From contig NC_017448.1 in assembly GCF_000146505.1 (NCBI RefSeq), positions 2,910,001-2,942,000 of the forward strand: a DNA stretch of 32,000 bases, written 5' to 3'. Positions 24,115 to 31,215 of this stretch are shown one piece after another. The stretch comes from Fibrobacter succinogenes subsp. succinogenes S85 (GTDB taxonomy: Bacteria > Fibrobacterota > Fibrobacteria > Fibrobacterales > Fibrobacteraceae). Below the pieces are notes generated by a model. It was not told the origin of the DNA and ran no database searches. It was given only the letters and a program-made list of their open reading frames with translations. The first letter of the stretch is position 1. Each line of letters opens with the position of its first letter. Both the position numbers and the translations under genes were made by a program.

Positions 24115-24168
24115 ATTGTTTTGAAGAAAACAATCTACCATTATTATAAATGGTTGTCTATAGACAAC
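24115..24168. promoter_or_regulatory. Inverted repeat and perfect 16-bp palindrome in the divergent PL1/yceD intergenic region
   Basis: ATTGTTTT-gaag-AAAACAAT at 24115-24134, flanked by TACCATT at 24111-24117 and 24136-24142. The perfect palindrome GTTGTCTATAGACAAC lies at 24153-24168. Confidence 0.35.
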
Positions 24169-24230
24169 GGCTAATGTTTTTCAGTTTTCTTCTTCCTACT
24201 GTCTACCGCCTACTAACTACTAATCCCCAC

Positions 24231-24261
24231 TTGACCCCTTTTATGCGTTTTACTACATTTG
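24231..24261 (+). promoter_or_regulatory. Candidate promoter of the yceD-rpmF-plsX operon
   Basis: TTGACC (24231-24236), a 17-nt spacer, then TACATT (24254-24259). The same bases read TACATTTG (24254-24261), which matches the TAnnTTTG -7 element of Bacteroidota-type promoters. Confidence 0.35.
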
Positions 24262-24268
24262 TGCCACT

Positions 24269-24796
24269 TTGAGAATAAATATCGCACAAAAACTTACTGA
24301 TTCCGAAGACCAACGAGTGGTCTGGTCCCATGCCGACGCTCCTGAAATCTTCGACGAACTGCACCTCAAGGGCGATCTGGTAGCCGAGGTGCTGGTTAGC
24401 CCCGAAGGCAACGGCAAGTGCCTTGTGACCGGTACTATCTCTGGAGTGCAAACACTCACTTGTGTCCGCAGCCTGGATCTTTTTGACCGTCCGTTCGAAA
24501 CCGAGATTGTTGTCGAGGTGGAGCGCGGAGCATGCGCTGCACAGGAACTTCATGACGACGACGATGATGTTTTCGCCTACACGATTCCGCAGACACAGGA
24601 CTTCGTAGATGTTTCCGAGTGCGTCCGACAGCTGGTGACCCTACAGGAACCCATTGCGCCCGTGAAAAATCCTGACGAAGATTTTATCTTTGTAACAAAC
24701 AATCAAGCTGGCGATGGTGCCGATGCTGAAAAGCCGCTCGACCCCCGCTGGGAAAAACTCAAAGCTCTTAAGAGCAAAATGGAAAACAGGAGTTAA
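24269..24796 (+). CDS. yceD: YceD/DUF177-family protein (upstream partner of rpmF)
   Basis: Conserved position directly upstream of rpmF. DUF177-like core: [53 protein letters not shown]-terminal [11 protein letters not shown] motif. The start is uncertain: TTG at 24269, with no in-frame ATG. Confidence 0.7.
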   Translation: MRINIAQKLTDSEDQRVVWSHADAPEIFDELHLKGDLVAEVLVSPEGNGKCLVTGTISGVQTLTCVRSLDLFDRPFETEIVVEVERGACAAQELHDDDDDVFAYTIPQTQDFVDVSECVRQLVTLQEPIAPVKNPDEDFIFVTNNQAGDGADAEKPLDPRWEKLKALKSKMENRS

Positions 24797-24798
24797 AA

Positions 24799-24987
24799 AT
24801 GGCAGTACCTAAGAGAAAAACTTCGACCGCTCGTCGTGACAAGCGCCGCACCCACTGGAAGATGGAAGTGCCGGCTATGGCTACCTGCGATCATTGCGGT
24901 TCCGTGAAGCGTCCGCATCGCGTGTGCCCGGTTTGCGGCTTCTACAACGGTGTGGAAGTTGTTGACATGAAGGGTGCCGAAGCTTAA
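24799..24987 (+). CDS. rpmF: 50S ribosomal protein L32
   Basis: [21 protein letters not shown]...[25 protein letters not shown] upstream. Confidence 0.95.
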   Translation: MAVPKRKTSTARRDKRRTHWKMEVPAMATCDHCGSVKRPHRVCPVCGFYNGVEVVDMKGAEA

Positions 24988-25001
24988 TCTAGGAGGAATC
25001 C

Positions 25002-25985
25002 GTGATCAAAGTTGCACTGGATGCCATGGGTGGCGATTACGCCCCGAGTGTTTGCATTGAAGGCGCCGTTAGCGCAGTCAAGAAAAACCCCAATATTCAT
25101 GTGGTTCTCTGCGGACCGGAGGCCGAGGTCAAGGCTTCTCTCGAGAAGCTTGGTTACACCGGCAATCAGATTTCCGTAGTTGATGCTCCGGACCTCGTGG
25201 CTATGGATGAACATCCTGTCATGGTGGTCAAGAAGAAGCAGCATTCTGGCTTGGTGACTTGCGTTGCCTTGCAGAAGAAAGGTCTTGTGGACGCTTCCGT
25301 CAGTGCCGGTAACTCTGGCGCTATGATGGCTAGCTGCCTCATGATCCTCGGTAAGACTTGCGACGAGTTCTCCCGTCCGCCTATCGGGGTTGCACTTCCG
25401 ACAAAGGATCGCCGCATTGTGTTGGTCGATGGCGGTGCAAACGTTGATGAACGTGCTTCCACTCTCGTTGACTTTGCCATTGCAGGTTCTGCATTCGCCG
25501 AAGCTTACCTCGGAATCGAAAATCCGAAGGTTGGCCTCTTGAACATGGGCGAAGAAGAACACAAGGGCCCGGCGGTTCTCCAGGAAGCTTACCAGCTCCT
25601 CAAGTCCGCTCCGGTTAACTTTATGGGTAACATCGAAGGTCGTGACCTCATCGCAGGTAAGGCCGACGTTGTTGCGACTTCTGGCTATACGGGTAACGTT
25701 GTGCTCAAGCTCCTGGAAGGCTTCTTCGAAATGCACCAGGAAATGTTCGGCACAATCGACACTCCGGCTGGCAAGCGTTTCTCCGAAATGTGGGACTACC
25801 GCGCTACGGGTGGCGCCTTGTTGCTTGGCCTCAATGGCATTGGCATCATCGCTCACGGCCGTTCCGACGCTCTCGCTATCGAAAAGGCTGTTGAAGTGGC
25901 TGCCAAGTATGCTGAAGCCGACGTTGCCAACAAGGTTAACGCTCGCCTCGCTGCAATCAAGTCCGAGGAAGCTCCTAAAGCATAG
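25002..25985 (+). CDS. plsX: Phosphate acyltransferase PlsX
   Basis: GTG start, with AGGAGG 5 nt upstream. MIKVALDAMGGDYAPSVCIEGAV...NSGAMMA...VDGGANVD...GNIEGRDL...GYTGNVVLK. Confidence 0.9.
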   Translation: MIKVALDAMGGDYAPSVCIEGAVSAVKKNPNIHVVLCGPEAEVKASLEKLGYTGNQISVVDAPDLVAMDEHPVMVVKKKQHSGLVTCVALQKKGLVDASVSAGNSGAMMASCLMILGKTCDEFSRPPIGVALPTKDRRIVLVDGGANVDERASTLVDFAIAGSAFAEAYLGIENPKVGLLNMGEEEHKGPAVLQEAYQLLKSAPVNFMGNIEGRDLIAGKADVVATSGYTGNVVLKLLEGFFEMHQEMFGTIDTPAGKRFSEMWDYRATGGALLLGLNGIGIIAHGRSDALAIEKAVEVAAKYAEADVANKVNARLAAIKSEEAPKA

Positions 25986-26018
25986 CTTTTGTCTGCATTA
26001 AGACTTTAGTTGCAATTA

Positions 26019-26051
26019 GACGGATCTAGTGAACGCTAGGTCCGTTTTTTG
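26019..26051 (+). terminator. Rho-independent terminator after plsX
   Basis: GACGGATCTAG-tgaacg-CTAGGTCCGT (one mismatch) followed by TTTTTTG. Confidence 0.7.
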
Positions 26052-26160
26052 TTATCTTGGATAACAAATAATATGCTTTGGACGAACCGTCTGGCACCGG
26101 TGGTGTGACGGCTATTCTAAGCTTAAATCATTTGTATTCACCCATGACACTTAATGTCAT
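26051..26160. promoter_or_regulatory. fabG upstream region with two small palindromes
   Basis: GTTATC-ttg-GATAAC at 26051-26065. ATGACA-cttaa-TGTCAT at 26144-26160, immediately before the AGGAGG of fabG. Confidence 0.25.
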
Positions 26161-26178
26161 ACAGGAGGTCAATTTATA

Positions 26179-26907
26179 ATGCCTACGAAGTCTATTGTGA
26201 CTGGCGCATCTCGCGGTATCGGTCTTGCCATTGCAAGAGAACTTGCTGCTCGCGGCTCTGACGTTGTTCTTATTTCCCGTGGTGGCTGCCCGGAACAGGC
26301 CGAAGCTATCGCCAAGGAATTCGGTGTCAAGACGTTCACGTTCGCATGCGATGTGAGCAACTCCGACTCTGTGAAGGACGCTTTCAAACAAGCTATCGAC
26401 GCACTGGGTGGCGTGGACTGCCTCGTGAACAACGCTGGCATCACCCGTGACGGCCTCGTACTTCGCATGAAGGACGAAGATTTCGATAACGTTATCGCAA
26501 CGGACCTCCGCTCGACGTTCCTCTGCACCAGAGCCGTCCTCAGGACGATGATGGGCGCCCGCAAAGGCAGCATCGTGAACATTGCAAGCTTGAACGGTAT
26601 CAGAACTCAGGCTGGCCAGGCCAACTACGCCGCTGCTAAGGCTGGCGTGATCGGCATGACCAAGTCCAACTCCATGGAATTCGGCTCTCGCGGTATTACC
26701 GTGAACGCTGTCGCTCCGGGATTCATCGATACGGACATGACCGCTGCCATGAGTGAAGAAACTCGTGCAAAATATGCCGCCCAGATTCCGCTTGGCCGCC
26801 TCGGTCAGCCGGAAGATGTCGCCAAGGCAGTCGCATTTTTGGCCTCCGACGATGCCAAATACATTACCGGACAGGTAATTGGTGTCGATGGGGGCTTGAA
26901 CGCTTAA
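26179..26907 (+). CDS. fabG: 3-oxoacyl-[acyl-carrier-protein] reductase
   Basis: SDR motifs: TGASRGIG, NNAG, and S...YAAAKAG. FabG-typical blocks: ITRDGLVLRMKDEDFDNVI and GITVNAVAPGFIDTDMT. The gene is adjacent to acpP. Confidence 0.9.
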   Translation: MPTKSIVTGASRGIGLAIARELAARGSDVVLISRGGCPEQAEAIAKEFGVKTFTFACDVSNSDSVKDAFKQAIDALGGVDCLVNNAGITRDGLVLRMKDEDFDNVIATDLRSTFLCTRAVLRTMMGARKGSIVNIASLNGIRTQAGQANYAAAKAGVIGMTKSNSMEFGSRGITVNAVAPGFIDTDMTAAMSEETRAKYAAQIPLGRLGQPEDVAKAVAFLASDDAKYITGQVIGVDGGLNA

Positions 26908-26954
26908 AAACATTTTATTAAATTTGGACAAAACTTTTTCCCATGGAGAAAAAA

Positions 26955-27194
26955 ATGAACGAAGAAATTTTCAAGAAGGTCACGGACGTGATCGTTGCTA
27001 AGTTGGAAGTCAAGGCTGAAGATGTCAAGCCCGAATCTGAATTCGGTAATGACCTCGGTGCAGACTCCTTGGACCGTGTTGAACTCGTTATGGCTCTCGA
27101 AGACGAATTCGATGTCGAAATCCTCGATTCTGACGCTGAAAAGTTCCAGAAGGTTTCTGACGTTGTTGCTTTCCTCGAAGCACACAAGAAGTAA
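26955..27194 (+). CDS. acpP: Acyl carrier protein
   Basis: From ORF 26943..27194, with the second ATG at 26955 preferred (GGAG 7 nt upstream). Phosphopantetheine-attachment motif: LGADSLDRVELVMALEDEF. Confidence 0.9.
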   Translation: MNEEIFKKVTDVIVAKLEVKAEDVKPESEFGNDLGADSLDRVELVMALEDEFDVEILDSDAEKFQKVSDVVAFLEAHKK

Positions 27195-27243
27195 TCTAGT
27201 TTTACTTTAGCCCGCATCCGTTGGGCAAAGAAAGAGCTTTGGG

Positions 27244-27272
27244 TCCCCGGTTTCACCGGGGATTCTTTTTTT
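27244..27272 (+). terminator. Rho-independent terminator after acpP
   Basis: TCCCCGG-tttca-CCGGGGA followed by TTCTTTTTTT. Confidence 0.75.
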
Positions 27273-27275
27273 ACC

Positions 27276-27300
27276 GTCATCCTGAGCGAAGCGAAGGATC
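27276..27300. repeat. REP-like element with GTCATCC core
   Basis: GTCATCCTGAGCGAAGCGAAGGATC. The core recurs at 30123 (plus strand) and at 30184-30194 (minus strand). Confidence 0.5.
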
Positions 27301-27352
27301 CAGTGAAATTCCTTTTTTAAATTGTAAGTCTAAAACTCATAAGGAGATTCTG

Positions 27353-28165
27353 TTGGAAGAACAAAACTTGCTCCACAAGATTCTTAAACTCTGGTTTCGC
27401 CAGAAGTCCGGTGACGGGCTTGAGGCTAAGCTTGGGTACAGATTCCGCGATCCAGAACTGCTGGCTCATGCACTCGTCCACCGCTCGTTCCTTGTTGGCA
27501 AGGATGTCCCGTACGCAAGCAACAACGAGCGCCTGGAGTTCCTCGGCGATTCCGTCCTCAACATGCTCACGACGGAATTCCTGTACAGGACTTATCCGAG
27601 CGATCCGGAGGGCGAGCTCTCCAAGCGCAAGAGCGCGATAGTCTCGGGACACGCCTGCGCCCAATCGTCCAAGGAATGGGACTTGAGCGAATACGTGAAA
27701 ATTGGAAAGTCCGAAGCCAAGATGGGCGGTCGCGGCAAGGAAAGCATCCTCGCTGATGCCTATGAAGCTGTGCTTGGCGCCGTCTATCTCGATGGCGGTC
27801 TCGAAGAAGTCCGTGCCATTTTGAACAAGTTCCATTTCCCGCGCGTGCAAGAAATCATCAGTGCAACCGACTTTGTGAACTACAAAAGCGAACTTCTGGA
27901 ATTTTGCCAGGGCAAATTGCGCTGCTCTCCGGAGTACGTGATTGTCGGCGAAGAAGGTCCGGAACACCAGAAAGTGTTTACGGTCGAAGTGGTTGTGAAC
28001 GGCAAATCGTATGCCCGCGGTCAAGGCCCGAACAAGAAGAAGGCTGAACAGGAAGCCTCCCGTTTGTCGCTTGAAACGCTCAAGGCCGAAGCCGCCGAAG
28101 CCGATGCTAAAAAAGCCGCCGCACCCAAAGTCAAACAACCCGCACACCATATCGGATTGCCGTGA
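27353..28165 (+). CDS. rnc: Ribonuclease III
   Basis: The ORF 27221..28165 has no in-frame ATG after its first codon, and its first 44 codons run through the acpP terminator and the REP element. TTG at 27353 has AGGAG (27342-27346) 6 nt upstream. Motifs: HRSF, NERLEFLGDSVL, ADAYEAVLGAVYLDGG and a dsRBD (YKSELLEFCQ...GPEHQKVFTVEVVVNG...GQGPNKKKAEQEA). An Ala/Lys-rich tail of about 30 aa follows. Confidence 0.85.
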   Translation: MEEQNLLHKILKLWFRQKSGDGLEAKLGYRFRDPELLAHALVHRSFLVGKDVPYASNNERLEFLGDSVLNMLTTEFLYRTYPSDPEGELSKRKSAIVSGHACAQSSKEWDLSEYVKIGKSEAKMGGRGKESILADAYEAVLGAVYLDGGLEEVRAILNKFHFPRVQEIISATDFVNYKSELLEFCQGKLRCSPEYVIVGEEGPEHQKVFTVEVVVNGKSYARGQGPNKKKAEQEASRLSLETLKAEAAEADAKKAAAPKVKQPAHHIGLP

Positions 28166-28171
28166 TAAGAA

Positions 28172-28232
28172 CTTAGAGCTTAGAACTTAGAGCTTAGAAA
28201 AAGTCTAAGTTCTACCAACTAAGTTCTGCCAA
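28172..28232. repeat. Heptad repeat array forming nested inverted repeats
   Basis: CTTAGAG/CTTAGAA x4 at 28172-28199, then aaagt. CTAAGTT-CTACCAA-CTAAGTT-CTGCCAA follows at 28205-28232. TAGAACTTAG (28181-28190) is the reverse complement of CTAAGTTCTA (28205-28214). AGAACTTAG (28169-28177) pairs with CTAAGTTCT (28219-28227). Confidence 0.8.
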
Positions 28233-28234
28233 CT

Positions 28235-28256
28235 GCGGCGAAGCCGCTATTTTATT
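28235..28256 (+). terminator. Small GC hairpin plus T-rich run (weak terminator or 5' UTR structure)
   Basis: GCGGC-gaa-GCCGC followed by TATTTTATT, ending 12 nt before ATG 28269. Confidence 0.3.
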
Positions 28257-28268
28257 ATCTTGTCTTGC

Positions 28269-30095
28269 ATGAATACATTCTCCCTCCGCTCTTTACTTGC
28301 CGTTCCGATGGCGGCTGCTCTCGCCTTTGCTCTTGTCGCCTGCAATGAATCCGGCGATTCCAAATCTGGCCAAGCTGCGAAGTCTAAAAAAGGCACCGCC
28401 GTTTCCGAAGCGGATTGCCCGATTCTCCCGCTTGATTCTACGGCAACAGGCGAGTTTGACCCGATTGCCTCAAAAGAAGCTCGCGCCTGCGGCTCCATCA
28501 CGCTTTGGGGCTCCGCCATGCCGAAGTCTTTCAACATGTGGGAAGACTACAATAGCTTCTCCGCTGAGCTCATGAACATGATGTTTGAACCGCTCGTGAG
28601 CCTGCATACCACTGAAGACCGCGAAGTTGGCATCCTTGCCGACAAGTGGGATGTCTCCGAAGACGGCAGAACGTTCACATTCCATGTGGACCCGCGCGCG
28701 GAGTGGAGCGATGGCAAGTCCATCACCGCTGAAGATGTGCAGTTCTACTATGACGTCATCATGGACGAAAAGAATCTCACGCCGATTTTCAAGGTGGGGC
28801 TCAGCCGCTTTGAACGCCCGGAAGTTGTGGATAGCCTGACGGTCCGCATGACCGCGAAGGAATCGCACTGGGGCAACTTCTGGGAAGCTGCCGGCATGCT
28901 TGCATTCCCGAAGCACGTGTGGGGTGGTAAGGACTTCAACAAGATTCGTTACGAATTTCCGGTCGTCTCTGGTCCGTACATTATCAAGACGTTCCGCGAA
29001 GACCGTTTTGTCGAACTCCAGCGCCGTAGCGACTGGTGGGGCTTCAAGAAGAACTGGAATCATGGCAAGTACAACTTCCAGAAAATCCGTTACCGTTTCA
29101 TGAACGACCAAACCAAGGCGCTTGAAGCTTTCAAGAAGCAGGACTTTAACGCCTATGCCATCTATACGAGCAGCATCTGGATGAAACAGACCGACTTTGA
29201 TGCCGTCCAGAAGGGCTGGGCTGTCAAACAGCGCATCTACAACAAGGAACCGATTGGTTTCCAGGGCATGGCGATCAACCTCCGCAAGCCGCAGTTCCAG
29301 GATGTCCGCGTCCGTCGCGCACTTTCGTACCTCTTGAACCGTGAAGCGATGAACGAAAAGTACATGTACGGCCAGTACTTCCTCCTCAACAGCTACTATC
29401 CGGATCTTTGGGCGAATAATCAGAACCCAACGGCGCCTGTTTACAGCTACAACCCCGAAAAGGCCCGTGCGCTTTTTGCCGAAGCGGGCTACAAGGTGAA
29501 TGGGGAAGGCGTTCTCGAAAAGGACGGCAAGCCATTTGCGATTAACTTCATCACGAGCCAGGAAGACTTGCGCCACCTCACGCTTTTCCAGGAAGACCTC
29601 AAGAAGGTGGGCGTTGTGGCGACCATCGAACAGATGAGCCAGAGCACGCTCCGCAAGCGCTTGGACGATGCGGACTTTGACCTTTACTGGGTGAACTGGG
29701 GCGCAGGCCGTCTCCGCGACCCGGAAGCTAGCTGGATTTCTACGACTGCCATGCAGAAGGGCACGAACAACCTCGCTGGTGTTCAAGACAAGGTTGTCGA
29801 TAGTCTCATCAATTTGCAGAAGACGGAATTCGACCTCGCGAAGCGCAATGAAATCTTGAAGGCGCTTGATAACCGCCTTGCCGAAATTGTCCCGTACGTG
29901 CTCATGTGGCAATGCGACCACCACCGCATCCTCTACTGGAACCGTTACGGCACGCCCGAAAAGATTCTCGACCAGTTCAACCGCGAAGATGCAATCCCTG
30001 TTTACTGGTGGGTGGATCCGGTCAAGTCCGCTGCACTCGACAAGGCGATGAAATCCGGCGAAAGCCTCCCCATCCCGCCGTTCGATATCCGCTAA
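28269..30095 (+). CDS. ABC-transporter family-5 (peptide/oligosaccharide, YejA-like) solute-binding lipoprotein
   Basis: From ORF 28260..30095, with the first ATG at 28269. Signal and lipobox: MNTFSLRSLLAVPMAAALAFALVAC. SBP_bac_5 pattern: FEPLVSLH...ILADKWDVSEDGRTFTFHVDPRAEWSDGKSITAEDVQFYYDVI...RVRRALSYLLNREAMNEKY. The length of about 600 aa is typical of YejA-like proteins. Confidence 0.8.
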   Translation: MNTFSLRSLLAVPMAAALAFALVACNESGDSKSGQAAKSKKGTAVSEADCPILPLDSTATGEFDPIASKEARACGSITLWGSAMPKSFNMWEDYNSFSAELMNMMFEPLVSLHTTEDREVGILADKWDVSEDGRTFTFHVDPRAEWSDGKSITAEDVQFYYDVIMDEKNLTPIFKVGLSRFERPEVVDSLTVRMTAKESHWGNFWEAAGMLAFPKHVWGGKDFNKIRYEFPVVSGPYIIKTFREDRFVELQRRSDWWGFKKNWNHGKYNFQKIRYRFMNDQTKALEAFKKQDFNAYAIYTSSIWMKQTDFDAVQKGWAVKQRIYNKEPIGFQGMAINLRKPQFQDVRVRRALSYLLNREAMNEKYMYGQYFLLNSYYPDLWANNQNPTAPVYSYNPEKARALFAEAGYKVNGEGVLEKDGKPFAINFITSQEDLRHLTLFQEDLKKVGVVATIEQMSQSTLRKRLDDADFDLYWVNWGAGRLRDPEASWISTTAMQKGTNNLAGVQDKVVDSLINLQKTEFDLAKRNEILKALDNRLAEIVPYVLMWQCDHHRILYWNRYGTPEKILDQFNREDAIPVYWWVDPVKSAALDKAMKSGESLPIPPFDIR

Positions 30096-30122
30096 CTCGC
30101 GCGCATCTCGTTGCCGCATCCC

Positions 30123-30205
30123 GTCATCCAGAGCGCGTTCGCGCGCAGTTCCTTAGCACTTGTCATGCCCGTCCCGGAACAAGTCCGGGATGACAGTCGG
30201 GCATC
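30123..30205. repeat. Cluster of REP-like GC-rich palindromic elements
   Basis: GTCATCCAGAGCGCGTTCGCGCGCAG starts at 30123. A hairpin TCCCGGA-acaag-TCCGGGA lies at 30172-30190, nested in GTCAT...ATGAC and ATGCCCG...CGGGCAT arms (30162-30204). Confidence 0.5.
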
Positions 30206-30231
30206 TCCATCTCATCAAATCTTGAAACGCA

Positions 30232-30259
30232 AAAAGTCCCGGCATCGCCGGGACTTTTC
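30232..30259. terminator. Bidirectional rho-independent terminator between the convergent SBP and OMP genes
   Basis: AAAAA-GTCCCGGC-atc-GCCGGGAC-TTTTC. Confidence 0.75.
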
Positions 30260-30282
30260 AATAGATGGATAAAGAATCTTAA

Positions 30283-31059
30283 TTAGAACGTAGCGTTGAA
30301 AGATGCTTCCAACGTAAGCGACTTTTTAGTGTTGCCGCCCACGTAGATGAGGTAGTCATCATCGCCCAAGCCAAGCGTTACGCACAAGTCAAAGGAGAAC
30401 GTCTGGTTGATCTTGATGTTTGCACCCACATACGGGTCCACACCGATGTCACCGCTTGTTTCAACGTGCTTGTGACCGTCGTACTTTTCATCGTTCAGCA
30501 AAATGTTCATGGTGACGCCGAAGTACGGAGAAATCACCGGAGAAACGTTCGGATCCAATTCTGCATTGAGGGTCAAGGTCATCGGACTCTTAACCTTGTC
30601 ATCACCTTGAGTCGACATGGAGAGGCCTGCTTCTGTACCGAGAGCGAGAGAGCCGAAGTCCTGGGAATATTGGCCACCGAAATAGAATCCGAAACCGTCA
30701 TCCGGGTAAATAATCCTGTCCTTACCGGTCGGAAAAGTCACATCAAGGAATGCGGCGACTGTCGGGATAATCTGGTAACGAGCACCAAGAGTCAGGTTCT
30801 TCATACCCGTTTTCTTGTCGCTTTCGCCATCGTAGCGGCTAATCGGTCGGAACGGAAGGCTGAGGTAGAGTTCCAAGTTCTGGACCGGAACAAAGCGAGC
30901 CTTAGCGCTCAAGTCAAGTCCCTTCCACTTGTCATGAATAATGAAGTCTGCGACTAGCTTGGCTTCGCCTCTCTTTTCTGCCGGGACGGGAAAGTTGCTA
31001 AAAGTAGCAAAACTGGTGGATGCAAGAAGAGCTGCACCGATGATGATTTTTTTTAACAT
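30283..31059 (-). CDS. Predicted outer-membrane beta-barrel protein (paralog 1)
   Basis: Signal peptide MLKKIIIGAALLASTSFA. Alternating amphipathic strands and a C-terminal aromatic residue (...LEASFNATF). It shares LTLGARYQIIP...FLDVTFPTGKD with the next gene (LVIGARFALDP...FLDFNLPIGKD). Confidence 0.6.
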   Translation of the reverse strand: MLKKIIIGAALLASTSFATFSNFPVPAEKRGEAKLVADFIIHDKWKGLDLSAKARFVPVQNLELYLSLPFRPISRYDGESDKKTGMKNLTLGARYQIIPTVAAFLDVTFPTGKDRIIYPDDGFGFYFGGQYSQDFGSLALGTEAGLSMSTQGDDKVKSPMTLTLNAELDPNVSPVISPYFGVTMNILLNDEKYDGHKHVETSGDIGVDPYVGANIKINQTFSFDLCVTLGLGDDDYLIYVGGNTKKSLTLEASFNATF

Positions 31060-31130
31060 ATTTACTCCATAGGAAAGAAATTTCCAGTAAATATAGATAA
31101 AAACTATAAAATTTGTACAATTTATGTAAA

Positions 31131-31166
31131 CAAAAATAAACCAGCCGGAGTAATCGACTGGTTTTT
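31131..31166 (-). terminator. Terminator hairpin between the two OMP paralogs
   Basis: AACCAG (31139-31144) pairs with CTGGTT (31158-31163), with two further inner base pairs. On the minus strand it is followed by TTTATTTTTG. Confidence 0.5.
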
Positions 31167-31215
31167 AAGAATTTTAGACTTTTATTTTTTTATGTCATTA
31201 GCCTAAACTAGATGA

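Noticed and set aside
27221-27352. N-terminal 44-codon extension of the rnc ORF
   Set aside because: It reads through the acpP terminator and a REP-like element (translating as ...HPERSEGS...). The TTG at 27353 with AGGAG 6 nt upstream is the plausible start.
24984-28150. Long minus-strand ORFs 24984..25856, 26128..26931, 26918..27280 and 27317..28150
   Set aside because: They are antisense to plsX, fabG, acpP and rnc, all of which are unambiguous on the plus strand.
28172-28232. Possible CRISPR array or microsatellite
   Set aside because: The units are only 7 nt, are contiguous without spacers and are arranged as inverted blocks. This is not CRISPR architecture. I treated it as a structured repeat instead.
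28470-30119. 549-aa minus-strand ORF
   Set aside because: It is antisense to the family-5 solute-binding protein gene, which has a lipoprotein signal and family motifs.
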